Source: Azolla caroliniana
Taxonomy: Eukaryota > Plantae > Polypodiophyta
NCBI GenBank assembly: GCA_043228905.1
Contig: JBHGNT010000016.1
Location: forward strand, 12,586,001 to 12,650,000
Length of the DNA: 64,000 nt
Direction: 5' to 3'
A program made the translations under genes and the position numbers. Shown piece after piece: positions 1 to 12,200 of this stretch. Each line of letters starts with the position of its first letter. Position 1 is the stretch's first letter. The notes under the pieces are model-generated. The model was given only the letters and a program-made list of their open reading frames with translations. It made no database searches and was not told where the DNA came from.

Positions 1-202
1 TGTTCTACGAGTCCGCGTCGTGGTCAGCGAGGATAAAATGCTTCAGGACAAAGGAGACATTGGAGGTCCTGAAGAGAGTTTGATCTCATTCAGGCTACGT
101 GGGCCGAATGAGCGACTGAGTCGGCATGACCAATCATGCACATAGTCGTTGAGTAGTGGTGACTCAGCGATGCATTCCTTGCACAAGAAGCTGACGAGAC
201 GG
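1..202 (+). mobile_element. Degenerate copia internal remnant (post-integrase linker), host of element A
   Basis: Opens with a VFYESASW-like reading resembling the copia DVVFDESASWY motif; ends where LTR A begins. Confidence 0.3.
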
Positions 203-676
203 TGTTGACCTAGCAAGCTCCACCAAATACGGATCGGCTCACTGAGCCAGAGCCGGACCGGTATCTGGAATGGAGAATTGGATCGGCATCTGGAAGGACA
301 AGCCGGATCGGTAGCTGAAACAACCGGCCGGATCGGGGAGCCGGATTCGAGTGCGAACCGGAAGCCTAGTAGTAGCCTACACTACTAGGTAATCATTGTC
401 TCGTAGTTAGTGTCAGTCGCTCATATGAGCATTGAAGTACATATTAGTTCTGTCCGTCCTTTTGAGGACTTGTATAAATAGTGTAGTTTAGCACGTTGTA
501 TGGACCGAGTTTAAAGAGTGTTCTTATTATTTCGAATCTACGTTTACGTTCTTCTCTCTCTATCTCTCTCGCGCATATTCTTTGTGTATTAAGCTTCTCC
601 ATTAAACCTTCTCTCATTTTCTGCTGCTATCCGGCTGAACCGGTTTGTCAAACGCTTCCACACGTTTACTTTGACA
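203..676 (+). repeat. 5' LTR of copia A
   Basis: Starts TGTTGACCTAGCAAGCTC, ends TTTGACA immediately before the PBS; TATAAATA at ~473; homologous to the LTR at 4681-5099 (reverse). Confidence 0.85.
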
Positions 677-688
677 TGGTATCAGAGT
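677..688 (+). promoter_or_regulatory. PBS complementary to initiator tRNA-Met
   Basis: TGGTATCAGAGT directly after the LTR CA. Confidence 0.9.
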
Positions 689-844
689 GCGAGGGTTGAG
701 AACCTCTGCATTCGACAGCCGCTGTTGAAGACAAACCCTAATACCCGGTAAGGACAAACAGAGAAAGATATGCACAGAGGTATGATGAGTTGACTTCCCA
801 AAGAGAAGCCCGACCAGAGCAACTATGCGTCCTAGTCATATAAA

Positions 845-2345
845 ATGCACTTGTACCTGCTAGGGCATGGATATTGGAGCTACGTGGAAGGAACCAACGA
901 GGTAGCACAAGAGCCGACACACAAAGACTTCCCGTCATGGGAGCAAGGAGCGAGCCGAGTATTGTACTATCTCGCTTCTGGTGTGCAAGATCAGATGCTC
1001 AAATACATAAAGGATACAAAGACACCGAAGGAGGCTTGGGAAAATCTTCGGAAGATTTTCGCCGCCAATACCATAGCCCGTAAGTTGCAGGTCAAGCAAG
1101 AGATGAACAACATCGGCAAAGAGACATGTCGGTTACAGATTACACCACCAAGATAAAGGAGATTTGTGATGCACTCAGTTCCATCAACCTGACGGAGGAC
1201 GAAAACAAGATGGTACAAACCTGCCTCGATGGTCTAGCGCAAAGGTACGGGCCAATCCGCACAGCGATTTGCACCCGGGAGAAGCCACCGACTTTCTTCG
1301 ACTTGCAATTGATGCACATGGTCGAAGTGAACCACGAGACTGGGTCGAAGACCACTCAATTGAAAATCGGATGTTGTACACGGAGGCGGATTGACCCCGT
1401 CCGCATGGAGGACGAGGTGGGTCGGCACGCAATGGAAGCGGCGAGCAAGAGCAGAACCGAAGGCACGGAGACGGTGATGACAGCAGTCCCGGACCCTCCA
1501 CAAGCTGGTACTGTGGCAAGAAAGGCCACAGGGAAAGTGAATCCTGGAAGAAGCATGCCGATTTGGACAAATCCAGATACAACAAGACCGATCGGGAAAA
1601 CCGGAAAAGCTCGCACTACACGGAAGGATCGGAAGGATCCAGAACCAGGAAGTCCGGTAAAGCCTTTGTGATGAAGCACAAGGCTAACTCGATGCAGAAG
1701 ACTACTTCCAAATTGGAGGAAGTATGGTACGTTGATTCTGGAGCGTCCAACCACATGACGAGCCATGAAGAGTGGTTCTCTTTTTTGGAGAAACCGGAGC
1801 AACTAGGGATTATCGAAACCGAAGATGACACCCCTTACCCGATTTGGGTGCTTCATCGAGGAAGAAGGACGGATAATCACGCAAGGCCGAGGAGACGGGA
1901 GGATGTTTATCCTCAACACTAATGACGTTGGGACCGCTATGTTTGCGAAAGGGCAGAAGGTTGAGTCAGACATCGATCTTTGGCACTAGTGGATCGGCCA
2001 CGTCCACTACCAGAGGCTTCAGGACCTGCAATCGAAACAAGTTGTTTTTGGTTTGCCAAAATTTAGCGGTCGGAAGGCCAAAATTTGTAAAGCCAGCCAA
2101 CTTAGGAAGAAACACCAGCTTCCATTCCCCACCGAACGAAACCGGAGCCACAACAGGCTCGACTTAATCCATTCGGATGTATGGGGACCGTCACAAAACG
2201 TTAGTCTTGGTAGGAGTCGGTATTTCGTCTCCTTCATCAATGACTACAACAGGCACACGTGGATCTACCTCATCGAGAAGAAAAGCAAAGAAAACCGGAA
2301 CCTTCAAAGTTTAGTCGAAAGGGAAACAGAGAGGAAGATCAAATG
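845..2345 (+). pseudogene. Copia gag-pol fragments of A
   Basis: ORFs 845-1156, 1126-1671, 1563-1922, 2053-2358 are successive frameshifted pieces; ~140-bp deletion at ~1846 relative to element B. Confidence 0.85.
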
Positions 2346-2429
2346 CAATAATGATTAAGGTGCAATAATGATTAAAGAATAGAGTGTTCTTAAATGAATT
2401 TCAAGATATTATTTATTCGTAAAAGAATA

Positions 2430-3238
2430 GTTGAAAACATGCAAATAAACCCTGGACTCAAACTGAAGACCTCTAGTGTGGAAGTCTAGCATGATAACCA
2501 ACTTAACTATCTAGATGCAATTAGGAATATCGCTAAATTTCATGCATTCTGATGAATTTGCTAATTTCACTAAAACGATGTCACAACTACATGGGCATCA
2601 TGACTTTCAATGTATCTAATGTGGTTGTGGCATTTAGGTGAAACAAGTCTCTAGAAAGAAATAGCACTAATTGACACAAGAAATCAACACGGCGATTTTC
2701 TTGGCTTAAGGTAGATGCATCAATTCCACTTAGTTTCACTAAATATATTCTAGTTCTAGAGTGAAAAATACCAATTGTTCCAGTCATTCAATGTAACATT
2801 TTTGGTTGTCTAAACCTAGACTCGACCCGTAGATATCTAGTGTGTAAGACTAGCGTGATAACCAACCACATTATCTAGACCTACTTGTGAAGATCAATTT
2901 CATGGATTTAGATAATTTGGATACTTTCACTGAACCAATGTCAAAACTACAGGGGTATTACGAGTTTCAATGTATACCATGTGGTAGTGGCATTTAGCTC
3001 AAAGAAGTCTCTAGAAAGAAACATATAGCCCTAATTGACACAAGAAATGAAGACGTGGATTTTCTTGGCTTAAGGTACATGCATGAGATCCACTTAGTTC
3101 CATTAAATATATGCATATGAACTAATTCTTCTACTCATTCTATGTAAAAAAAATTGTTGTCCAAACACGGAGTCAAACCGAAGACCTCTAGTGTGTAAGA
3201 GTAGCATCATAACCAACTACACTATTTGGACCCAATAT
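2430..3238. repeat. AT-rich tandem repeat (satellite remnant), ~2.3 units of ~350-365 bp
   Basis: CTAGTGTG...TAGC...ATAACCAAC recurs at 2473, 2837 and 3188; TAATTGACACAAGAAAT and TTTTCTTGGCTTAAGGTA recur with the same period. Confidence 0.85.
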
Positions 3239-5099
3239 GTCATTGGTGTTGAGGATGAACATCCTCCCTTGTCTGCGCCCTCTTCCTCGATGAAGCACCC
3301 AAGGTGTGTAAACTGCACCTACATCCCCTGGTCAAGAATCTGACCGACTGACACCAGGTTCTTCGTGATAGTCGGAACATGTAATACGTTCATCAGCTTC
3401 CCCGTTTGTCCAACATGGCTCATAGGAACTTCTCCGACATGTACGATTGGGTGAGGAGTGTCAGCTCTGGTTTCGACAACTCCCGGTTGTTCCGGTTTCT
3501 CCAAGAAGGAGAACCACTCTTTGTGGCTCGTCATGTGATTCGACGCACTGGAATCAACGTACCACACTTCCTCTGATTTGGAAGTGGTCTTCTTCATCGA
3601 GTTAGCCTCGTGTTTCATCAGCAAGGCTGGCCCTTTACCAGCTTTTCCGGTTTTAGATCCTCCCGATCCTTCTGCGTAGTGCAGGTATTGCCGGTTCTCT
3701 CTACCAGCCTTGCCGAATCCGGATCTATCCGAATCAGCGCGCTTCTTCCAGCACTCACTTTCTCTGTGGCCCTTTTTACCACAGTTCCAGCATTTTGTGT
3801 CAGCCTTTGCTTGTCGGCCTCCGGCGCCACCTTGACTCCCCCTGCTTGTGGAGGGTCCGGAATTGCTGTCAACACATTCTCTGTGCCTTCGGTCTTGCTC
3901 TTTCGGCTGCTACCATTGCAAGCCGACCCGCCTCGTCCACCACGCCCACGGGGCCGATCCGCCTTTGTGTACAACATCTGGTTGTCGGTGGGTGCACTTA
4001 TCGACGCACCGGCGTGGTTCTCCTCTACAAGGAGCATCGACTGTAAGTCAAAGAATGACGGCGTATTCTCCCTCGTACAGACCGTCGTTCGGAAAGCTCT
4101 GAACTTAGACGCTAACCCGCCAAGACAAACCTGCACCATCTCGTCATCCTCGATGTTCACATTGACAGAGGCGAGTGAGTCGCAGATTTCTTTAATCTTG
4201 GTGGTGTAGTCAGCCACCGACATATCTCGTTGTCGTACATTGCTCAACTCTTGCCTTAGTTGAAGCTTGGGGAAATCTGAAAAATTTCTTCGTTGCAAGC
4301 ACTATAACCAGGAAGCTTGGGGAAATCTGAAAAATTTCTTCGTCTTGGCATCTCGAATATGGCTCAACAGCTGGTCTCCGACACTGGACGCAAAGCAGTA
4401 CATCACTCTGCTTGCCGCCTGTTCCCACATAGGGAAGTCCTTGTGTGTCATATTAGGTGTTGTGTCGTTAGCTCCGTCGACATAGCTCTAGTAACCATGC
4501 CTAAGCAGGTACTGGTGCATTTTGTAAGACCAAGATGCATAGTTGGTTCTATCGAGCTTCTCTATCGGGAGTGAGCTAGCCATTCCTCTGTCCATTTTGC
4601 TTTTACATGTTCTTCTTGGTTGGTTTCCTTTTCAAGCTATGTCGGTTGCAGAGGTTCTCAACCCTCGCGCTCTGATACCATGTAAAAGAATAACGTGTGG
4701 AAACCATAGAAAACCGAACACAGAAAACACAGGTTTAATGGAGAGCTTAGAATATACACAGTACACGGGAGAGATAGAGAGAGAGAGAGCACACAGAAAC
4801 ACTCAATTCAAAATAATACTCAATCTGTACATCGTATGTGTTCAGTGAACACTTTTATACAAGTCCACACGGACTGACAGAAGTACGGTGTACTTCAATG
4901 CTCACACGAGTGTCTGACACTAACTATGAGACATTAACTACCTAGTAGTCTAGGCTGCTACAAGGCTTCTGATTACTAATGGATCTAGCTAACTAGCTCC
5001 CCAGCTCACCGGCTCACCGATCCGGCTCATCCTTCTGGATGCGGATCTGGCTCAGGCTTATTCAGCCGATCCAGATCCAGTTGAGCTTGCCACTCAACA
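3239..5099 (-). mobile_element. Copia element B, 3'-truncated, same family as A
   Basis: LTR 4681-5099 (minus strand TGTTGAGTGGCAAGCTCAA...TTTTACA), PBS TGGTATCAGAGC at 4669-4680, gag ORF 3618-4298, protease ORF 3319-3624 (WYVDSSASNHMT). Confidence 0.9.
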
Positions 5100-5667
5100 A
5101 GGCCGAATGAGCAGACAAGCCGACCGGAAGGGTCGAGGCGCGCGGAATCGAACAAGTCGAGGAGTGTGAGCGAGGCGTGAAGCCAGAAGGAACCAGAGCG
5201 TAGATCCGGAAGAGCAGACAAAACCTCAAGTTGAGCTTGAGGGGGAGTATTGAGTGACAAGCTCAACATTGGGTGCTTAATACGATGTGTAACCCAGTGC
5301 GTAGACTGGGTGCGTAAAACAGTACGCATAACGTGGCCGTATCGGTGCGTAAACCGAAAGGCCGTTAGTATGGTATTCCTTGTAAGGAATAATTTTGGGA
5401 GTTAGTGTAGCAGGCTCATTTATGAGCAGTCAAGTACTGTCAGTACTTGTGTCCGCCTGATAGTCAAGGCTTGTATAAAAGGTGCTCACTGAGCACAAAG
5501 AATGTACAGAGCGTCATTATTTTGAAATAGAACTGAGTTGTCTACTCTCTCTCTATCTCTCCATCTCCATCTCCATCTCTGTGTTTTCTGAGTTTACCCA
5601 ACTATCTTATTTCCGAACTGTGTATTCTGTGTTTACGCACACACTTCCGCACACATATTCTTTTACA
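5100..5667 (+). mobile_element. 3' end of copia element X (3' UTR, PPT, 3' LTR 5248-5667)
   Basis: GTTGAGCTTGAGGGGGAG PPT region 5230-5247, then TATTGAG...CAAGCTCAACA; TATAAAA and CT-rich tract; ends TTTTACA; inserted in the gypsy protease gene to its right. Confidence 0.8.
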
Positions 5668-7319
5668 GATACTACACACACCAAATTATCTAGGACAACC
5701 TTAATCAGCTCTGACTGTTCTACGAGATTTCTGGAAGCAATGGGGCGACCATTAATGACTACTACAGTTGTTGGGCAAGGAAGCTTTCTTAGGGATATCT
5801 GATGAGCTTGGGCAAAATTCCTATCCATGAAGCAAGATTTGGCTCTGGAATCTAAGAGTGCTAAGACGTCTAGATTGATACTTTTAGTACTAACTGTTAC
5901 TTGAGCTAAGAACACATTGCTAACTTCCTTAGAGGGAATGGAACCACTAATGGGTTGTACAGATCCAAGGTTGTCCAACCAAACGGCTCCTATTTTGGCT
6001 GGACTTAGTCGTTTAACTCTTCTTCTAATTGACTAAGGACTTCAAATTTGTTCGATAGACTTGGGCTATTAGGACTATTAGGACTATCAGACACTCCTAC
6101 TGAAATAGACTCGGGTTTAGTACAAGTTGCTATTTGATTTACCTATCTTCTTGGCCTATGTGGACAGTTTACTGTGATATGCCCTAGTCCTCTGTAGTAA
6201 AGACATAATCGATTTGCTTGACGTCATTGCTTTTCTTCTTCCGACAATCGTCCACGATGGCGTGTGGTGTCGATTTCCATCGGTGTTGGAGTATTTTCCG
6301 GAGATGCACTATATGACTCCCTTGCAAATGGTTTTGCTATGACCGAGGCATATGTGGGCTCTGACCTGGTCCTTGGCATTTGTAATTGGCGTTCCGAACG
6401 TCGTTCAAAAAGCTGGTTATCACATCGTACCACTCGACTGATTGCCTTTGTGAGCGATTTTGGTTGTTCGGGGAAAGTCAGGAGTAAGTCTTTGACATCA
6501 TTTCGTAGGCCGTATCAAAATTGCTCCATCAATGCTTGATCATCCCAGGGGATATCGGAGGCGAGTAGACGGAAATCTGCAGTGTAAGCAGAGGATGGAT
6601 GATCACCTTGACGTAATCATCGGATTTTGTTGATTGTCGTCCTTATGTTATCAGTATCTCCAAAACAGGCTTTAAACTCGCTTATAAACTCTTCAAAATT
6701 ATTTAGTAATGGAGATCTTTTTTCTAACAACAAAGCAAACCATGCCAAAGCTGAGCCGCTCAGCAACGTGCCTACTAGACCCACTCGTGAGGCATCGGTG
6801 GGATATCGGGAAGGATACATTTGAATGACTAATTGTACCTGATTAAGGAATCCTATGAACTGTGATCACATTCCATCGAATTTCATAGGAAGCCCGACCT
6901 TGGGCTCTTTATGAATCCCTTGAGTACTTGGTCCTTGTTGTTGCAATGCCACAATGGTTGCTTCAAGTTGTTGCATGTGTAACGCTAGCTCCCCATGTTG
7001 TTGTTGCGCTTGCTGCTTTTCTAAAGAGATTTGTGGAAGATCCCCAACATTCGTTGATTTTCTTGTTCCAATGCAACAAACCTTTCTTTCAAGCACTATA
7101 GCTTCGAGAAAACATATTGGTATTCTTGAGCACTAACAGTTGCCATAGTATTGGAGGAAGGAAGGATAAGAAGATTAGTATGAAGGGAATGAGGGATATG
7201 AAGCTGAAGACTAATTCGGTTCAAACTGTCAGGGATAGTACTAGAGGCAACGAAATTTGTACTAAAGATAGAGGACAAGAATGAGGATTAGTACTAAGAA
7301 GGGAAAGAGTGTGTGAGAA

Positions 7320-7363
<44 letters not shown>

Positions 7364-7591
7364 TGACAACAAGAAGTATATTATATTATATGAAGAAAGA
7401 TACAAGAACTACTAGGAGGCTTAAGATTGGCGTTGAACCGAATTGATTCTCAATAATGCCATATGCCTCTTTTTATAGTGTGCTTAGGAGTACTCTTGAC
7501 ATGGATTTCCTAAGTGAAATAATAAATGAAAACAATATTTTTTATATTACAATGTATAGCTTAATGATAGGGCTTCAACTCCTGTGATACA
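5668..7591 (-). mobile_element. Ty3/gypsy chromovirus-type (Tcn1-like) element, 5' part: LTR 7312-7591, gag, zinc knuckle, protease
   Basis: KEPKVGLPMKFDG / YPTDASRVGLVGTLLSGSALAWF gag, PTPMEID motif, degenerate CCHC at ~6160-6215, ALLDSRA protease; LTR TGTATCACA...ATTCTCACA with TATAAAA on minus strand. Confidence 0.8.
7324..7359. repeat. (GA)n microsatellite inside the gypsy LTR
   Basis: About 18 GA units. Confidence 0.95.
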
Positions 7592-8476
7592 AGGTCATGG
7601 CTTCAAATCTTTTTGAAGCCATACCATGCTATACCATGACAGGAAGCGCTCTTCCTACAGAAAAGCTTGATAGAAAAAACTTCACATCTTGGGAATACAA
7701 GATGAATCAATACCTTGTTGGACAAGGTTATTGGAGGTATATTGAGGGAGCTCACGAAATGCAACCAAACCCAACACATGCCGACTACCCAGCCTAGGAG
7801 CAAGCCGCGAGCCGTGTGTTGTATTGCCTTGCAGCATGCGTTCATAATCACATGCTCGGCTATATTCGAGAGGCAAAAACGCCAAATGAAGCTTGGGGTA
7901 ATCTCAAGAAGATTTTTGCAGCTAACACGGTTGCACAAAATCTCCAACTCCGACAGGAGTTAAACAACATACAACAGAAGGATATGTCAATCACCGGCTA
8001 TACCTTGAAGATCAAGGAGTCATCTAATGCCCTCGGGTCAATCAATGTCATCATCGACGATGAAGAAATGGTACAAATATGCCTCGGCGGCTTAGCACCA
8101 TGATTCGGTAAGATTAGATCTGCCATTCTCCCAAGGGAGAATCCACCTTCCTTTTTCGACCTTTAGTCAATACTATTGGTGGAAGAAAATCATGCCCTAC
8201 AAAGGAGCAATGCACCCGATGGTCAGATGCTCTACTCAGTCATATGATAGAAGAGGATTCGGCCGAGGAAATAGAGGCTGATTCAATAGAGGGCAACAGG
8301 GTTAGTTGATCCAAGCACACAACACCCACCATTGGCAAGTCGATAGGAGCAATCCTCGGGAGTTCGGCAGAAGGGGGAGCCATCCTACCGGACCGAGCCA
8401 TCACAACAACCCGGCCAAATGCAGGTATTGTGCAAAGCTTGGCAACTATGAAGAGGAGTGCTAAAATAAGAAGCGA
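7592..8476 (+). pseudogene. Copia element C, segment 1 (gag)
   Basis: TEKLDRKNFTSWEYKMNQYLVGQGYW, EAWGNLKKIFAANT; interrupted at the zinc knuckle by element D. Confidence 0.85.
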
Positions 8477-9273
8477 TGTCAAGGAAATCCTCGCGTGTTT
8501 GCGAAATGAAGCGAAACCACCGGGGTCCTGAACCAGAAGGATTCGACGTTTGTATTAGCTTTAGTGAGAAGGACCGGAAGGATTTGAAGTTTGTATTAGC
8601 TTTAGTGAGAAAGTATTTAAGATAGATTGAGAGACGGAGATTCCAATTCTCTTGAGACAGATTGAGAGAGAGAGAGAGAGATTGAGATTGAGATAAATAT
8701 TGAACCCTTGACTTTAGTTTTGAGAGACCAGATACATCACCAATAGGATAACTAGATTTTTTATTAGAAGTTTCTTCATTCAATACATAGCTTCCCTCAT
8801 CCTTTTTCTTTTTCTTCCTTTATAGATGTCCCCATGCATATGATGCATGTGAGGGTACAAGACATGCATATAATGCATGAAATGCATGCGATGCATGTTT
8901 GTCATTTGGCGTTCATGCATCACATGTGATGCATTATGACCATGTTACTCATCCAAGCTCTCATGTACGAGAATTTACATGTGAAAAGTACAATGATGAA
9001 AATAAAGGTCAACGAAACTTCTTAGCCTAATGGTATGCCAATTGTCTCCTTTCTTGGGGCTGTAATGTTCAAAACCCATGTGCACATTAATGTGCTTATA
9101 TATGAGTGTAACCATCACCCCTTTCATGCATGTGCACATTGCACCTTCTCAATTTTCTCCTTTCCAGGTGATTTTCACACCGTTGCCAAAAATCTTCATG
9201 ACATCCACCTCCACCAAACCGCATGTCCTCCGGTACGTGCCAAGAAGAGAATGTGAGATTTCGGCTACGGTGA

Positions 9274-12200
9274 TCAATCTGATTCCTCCACGTCCTCGTT
9301 GACTTTGCTCACGTTTGTGGGTTCCGCCCTACCATCTTCATTGTTGAGGTCATCGAGGTCAGGACCCTCATCTTGTCTTTTCTTGAAGATCTTTACTCTT
9401 TTCCCCGCAATGGGTATGGCCAACCTCGATTCATCTAGCTCCGTGAGGTGGTAGGTGGCATTGTCGTTGGCACTCCTCACCACATACAGTCTGAACCACC
9501 TTCTTGCGAACTTTCTTGTTGTCTTGTGTGGGTTTTCAAGGCTGTTGTCGTAGACCAATACCCAATCTCCTTCTTTGATCTTCTTGGGATGCATTCGATG
9601 TGTCTTGTCGAACCAAATCTTGTTCTTCACTCAGGTTGTCTCCATTATCTTTCGCGCATTTTCTAGATCTTTGGGCCTTCTTTCAAGCTGCCTTATCCGC
9701 GTCGCCAATAATTCTTCTCGGCTCATCTGGTTCTCCCATGGTATCGCTACCCATGAGGCAATCGTCCTTTCGATGAGCATAGGGCAATAGTCACGGCCAG
9801 TTCCCAACCTGACCGTCGCATGCTCATACAATGGCTTTGACTATTGGTCCATGCCCTCGCTTGATCTTCCCATTTGCTTCCAGGTTGTAGGTATTCGTGA
9901 GGTAGAGCTTCACGCCTAGTCGCTCGAAGAGCTCCATTGCTTCACGTGCATCCAGCTCCCCTCGGTCAGCCACTATCATTCTCACACATTCGTATCGGCA
10001 AACGACCTCTTCAAGTAGAAATTTGCAAACGGCTAACGTCGTCTTCTTTGCCAACGCTCGTCCTTCTACCTAATTTGTCAGGTCTTCTCTTGCCAGTATC
10101 AAGTACTTCATTTGTCCCACTCCCATTGGCATCGAGACTAGATCTACCATCCATTTGAAGTGTATGGTGAGTGGGTATGTCGGTCGTAACTCATCACAGT
10201 GACGTATGTTCGAATGTACATGGTAGTTTTCGCATGTGGCCATGAAATGTACATCTTTGTATATGCTCGGCCACCAGTACTTCTCCTTCATCTTTTCGAA
10301 CGTTGCCCATGTTCCTCTATGACCTACCCAAGGACTCTCGTAGAATTCAGACATCATCATCGCTTGGTCCTCTCTCTTCACCACTACTCAACGTGGCATT
10401 CCTGTCCTTCTCTTTGGGTGGCGCCAGAGGAATCCTCCCTTCAGAAAGTACTTATAAGCTTTATTCCGGATTCGTAAAGCCGCCTCCTTCATCCACGAAG
10501 CATCTGTCGTCATTGTTTTTAAGAATCTGCCGAATCAGTAACCATTCTCCTTCGTACTCATTCTCGTTGAAGGTGTGGAGGGTTGGCGTGCCCTTGTCTT
10601 CCGTCGATAGTCGGACCATCTTAAAGAAGTCAAAGGTAGCGTCTTCATCTTCCAAAACCATAGATTGACACATGCGTCATATTCATCATATTCTCCATGC
10701 GTCATATTCGTAATATTCAAGAATACGAAATGGCCCAAGTATATTATAAAACCATTCGTTTTACAAAATAAATATACAAAATATTTATTTATTCATTTTT
10801 ATATTTAAATTAATTTAATTCACTAAAATAAGAACAATCATTCATTAATAGATTATTAAAATATGATTAGTATTAACTCCCCTTTATAGTGTCAAATAAA
10901 AAATGGGGAAGTTTATAAACCTTTATTTTAATTAATTAGTTTTTCTTAAAAACGAGTATTTTTATATTTATTATAAAAATATGATTAGTGTGAAGTCCAA
11001 TTTTTAATGTCAAGATAAAAATATTCATAAATTTTGAGACAATAAAAACTGAGGAATTAATGAACATTTATTTTATTTTTTAATTTATTAAAAATAAAAC
11101 AAATACTTTTACATTTATTATAAAAATTTATTACTGTCAAGTCCTTTTAATGTCCCTTTTTATTGTCCGGTCCCTTTTTTATTATCCTAGGAAACTAAGA
11201 AAGGAGGGAGTTATTGTATTTTTTTTTATTTTTTGGGGGGCTAAACGAATACTTGACCATGCATTCATATGCGTATTTTTCATTTGCATTCAAATGGGAA
11301 ACCCCACGAATGCAAATATGTCAATCTATGTCTGAAACCATGTCACTTTCATTCTCAAATCTTGCTCTTGATAGCATGTCATCCATGACGTTCTTCTTTC
11401 CTACAATGTGACAGATCTCTAGGTTTAAAGACTTGATATAGGCGATCCACCTTAGCATAGCTAGATCTGGTGTCTTGAGATCATCCCAAGGATTGGGAGA
11501 CCATCCGTCTCAATTATCACTTCCGACCAAATCAAGTACCTTCACCACAGACACAATACCCCAAAGTTCCTGCTTGACTTGGGTGTACTTTTGTTGTCAT
11601 TCGTTGAGGACCTTTGCTCCGAATCGGATGGCATACCGTGCACTATGTTCTCCTTTTTGGTTGATGACCCACCCGATTCCAGTTTGACTCGTATCCACAA
11701 TAACATAAATCGTCTTTCCTTCGGTATAGACGGCCTTTCTTAATGCTGGAGCTTCAAGAAGTAGTTTCTTCAATCTTCATATCGCATTTGTATGCTCTTC
11801 TCGCCATTCCAACTTCTTCCTTTTCTTTAGGAATCCATATAATGGCTCGGCGACATGGGCATATAATGGCTCGGCGACATTGGTGTGATGCCTATGTTGT
11901 CGACTGCTAGTTGAAACTGGTCGTAGCCTGAGTAGAGATCACCAATAGAATAAATGGACCTTCCCGCAAATGCTTCTACGAACTCATCGATACTTGGACC
12001 GATCCCGGCATAGCGGATCGTCACTTTATTCACTAGTTGAAGATCGTGTATGAACCTTAAGGTTCCATTCTTCTTTGGTACCGTGAACCACCTATTCGAG
12101 TAAGGAGCATTCGACGGCTCTAGAATTCCCATCTCGACCTCCTCTTTCAAGAGCTTGATTAATTTCGGAATGTGTGCTCTTGGGACCGGTATCGGCTTCA

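Larger units (their letters stand above)
203..2345 (+). mobile_element. Copia element A, 3'-truncated (5' LTR, PBS, gag, protease, start of integrase)
   Basis: LTR 203-676, PBS 677-688; frameshifted ORFs with YLLGHGYWSYVEG (gag), WYVDSGASNHMT (protease), LDLIHSDVWGP (integrase); breaks off at ~2345. Confidence 0.9.

Noticed and set aside
203-5667. LTR 203-676 and LTR 5248-5667 as the two ends of one element
   Set aside because: LTR bodies differ and the flanks (GACGG vs GATAC) are not a TSD
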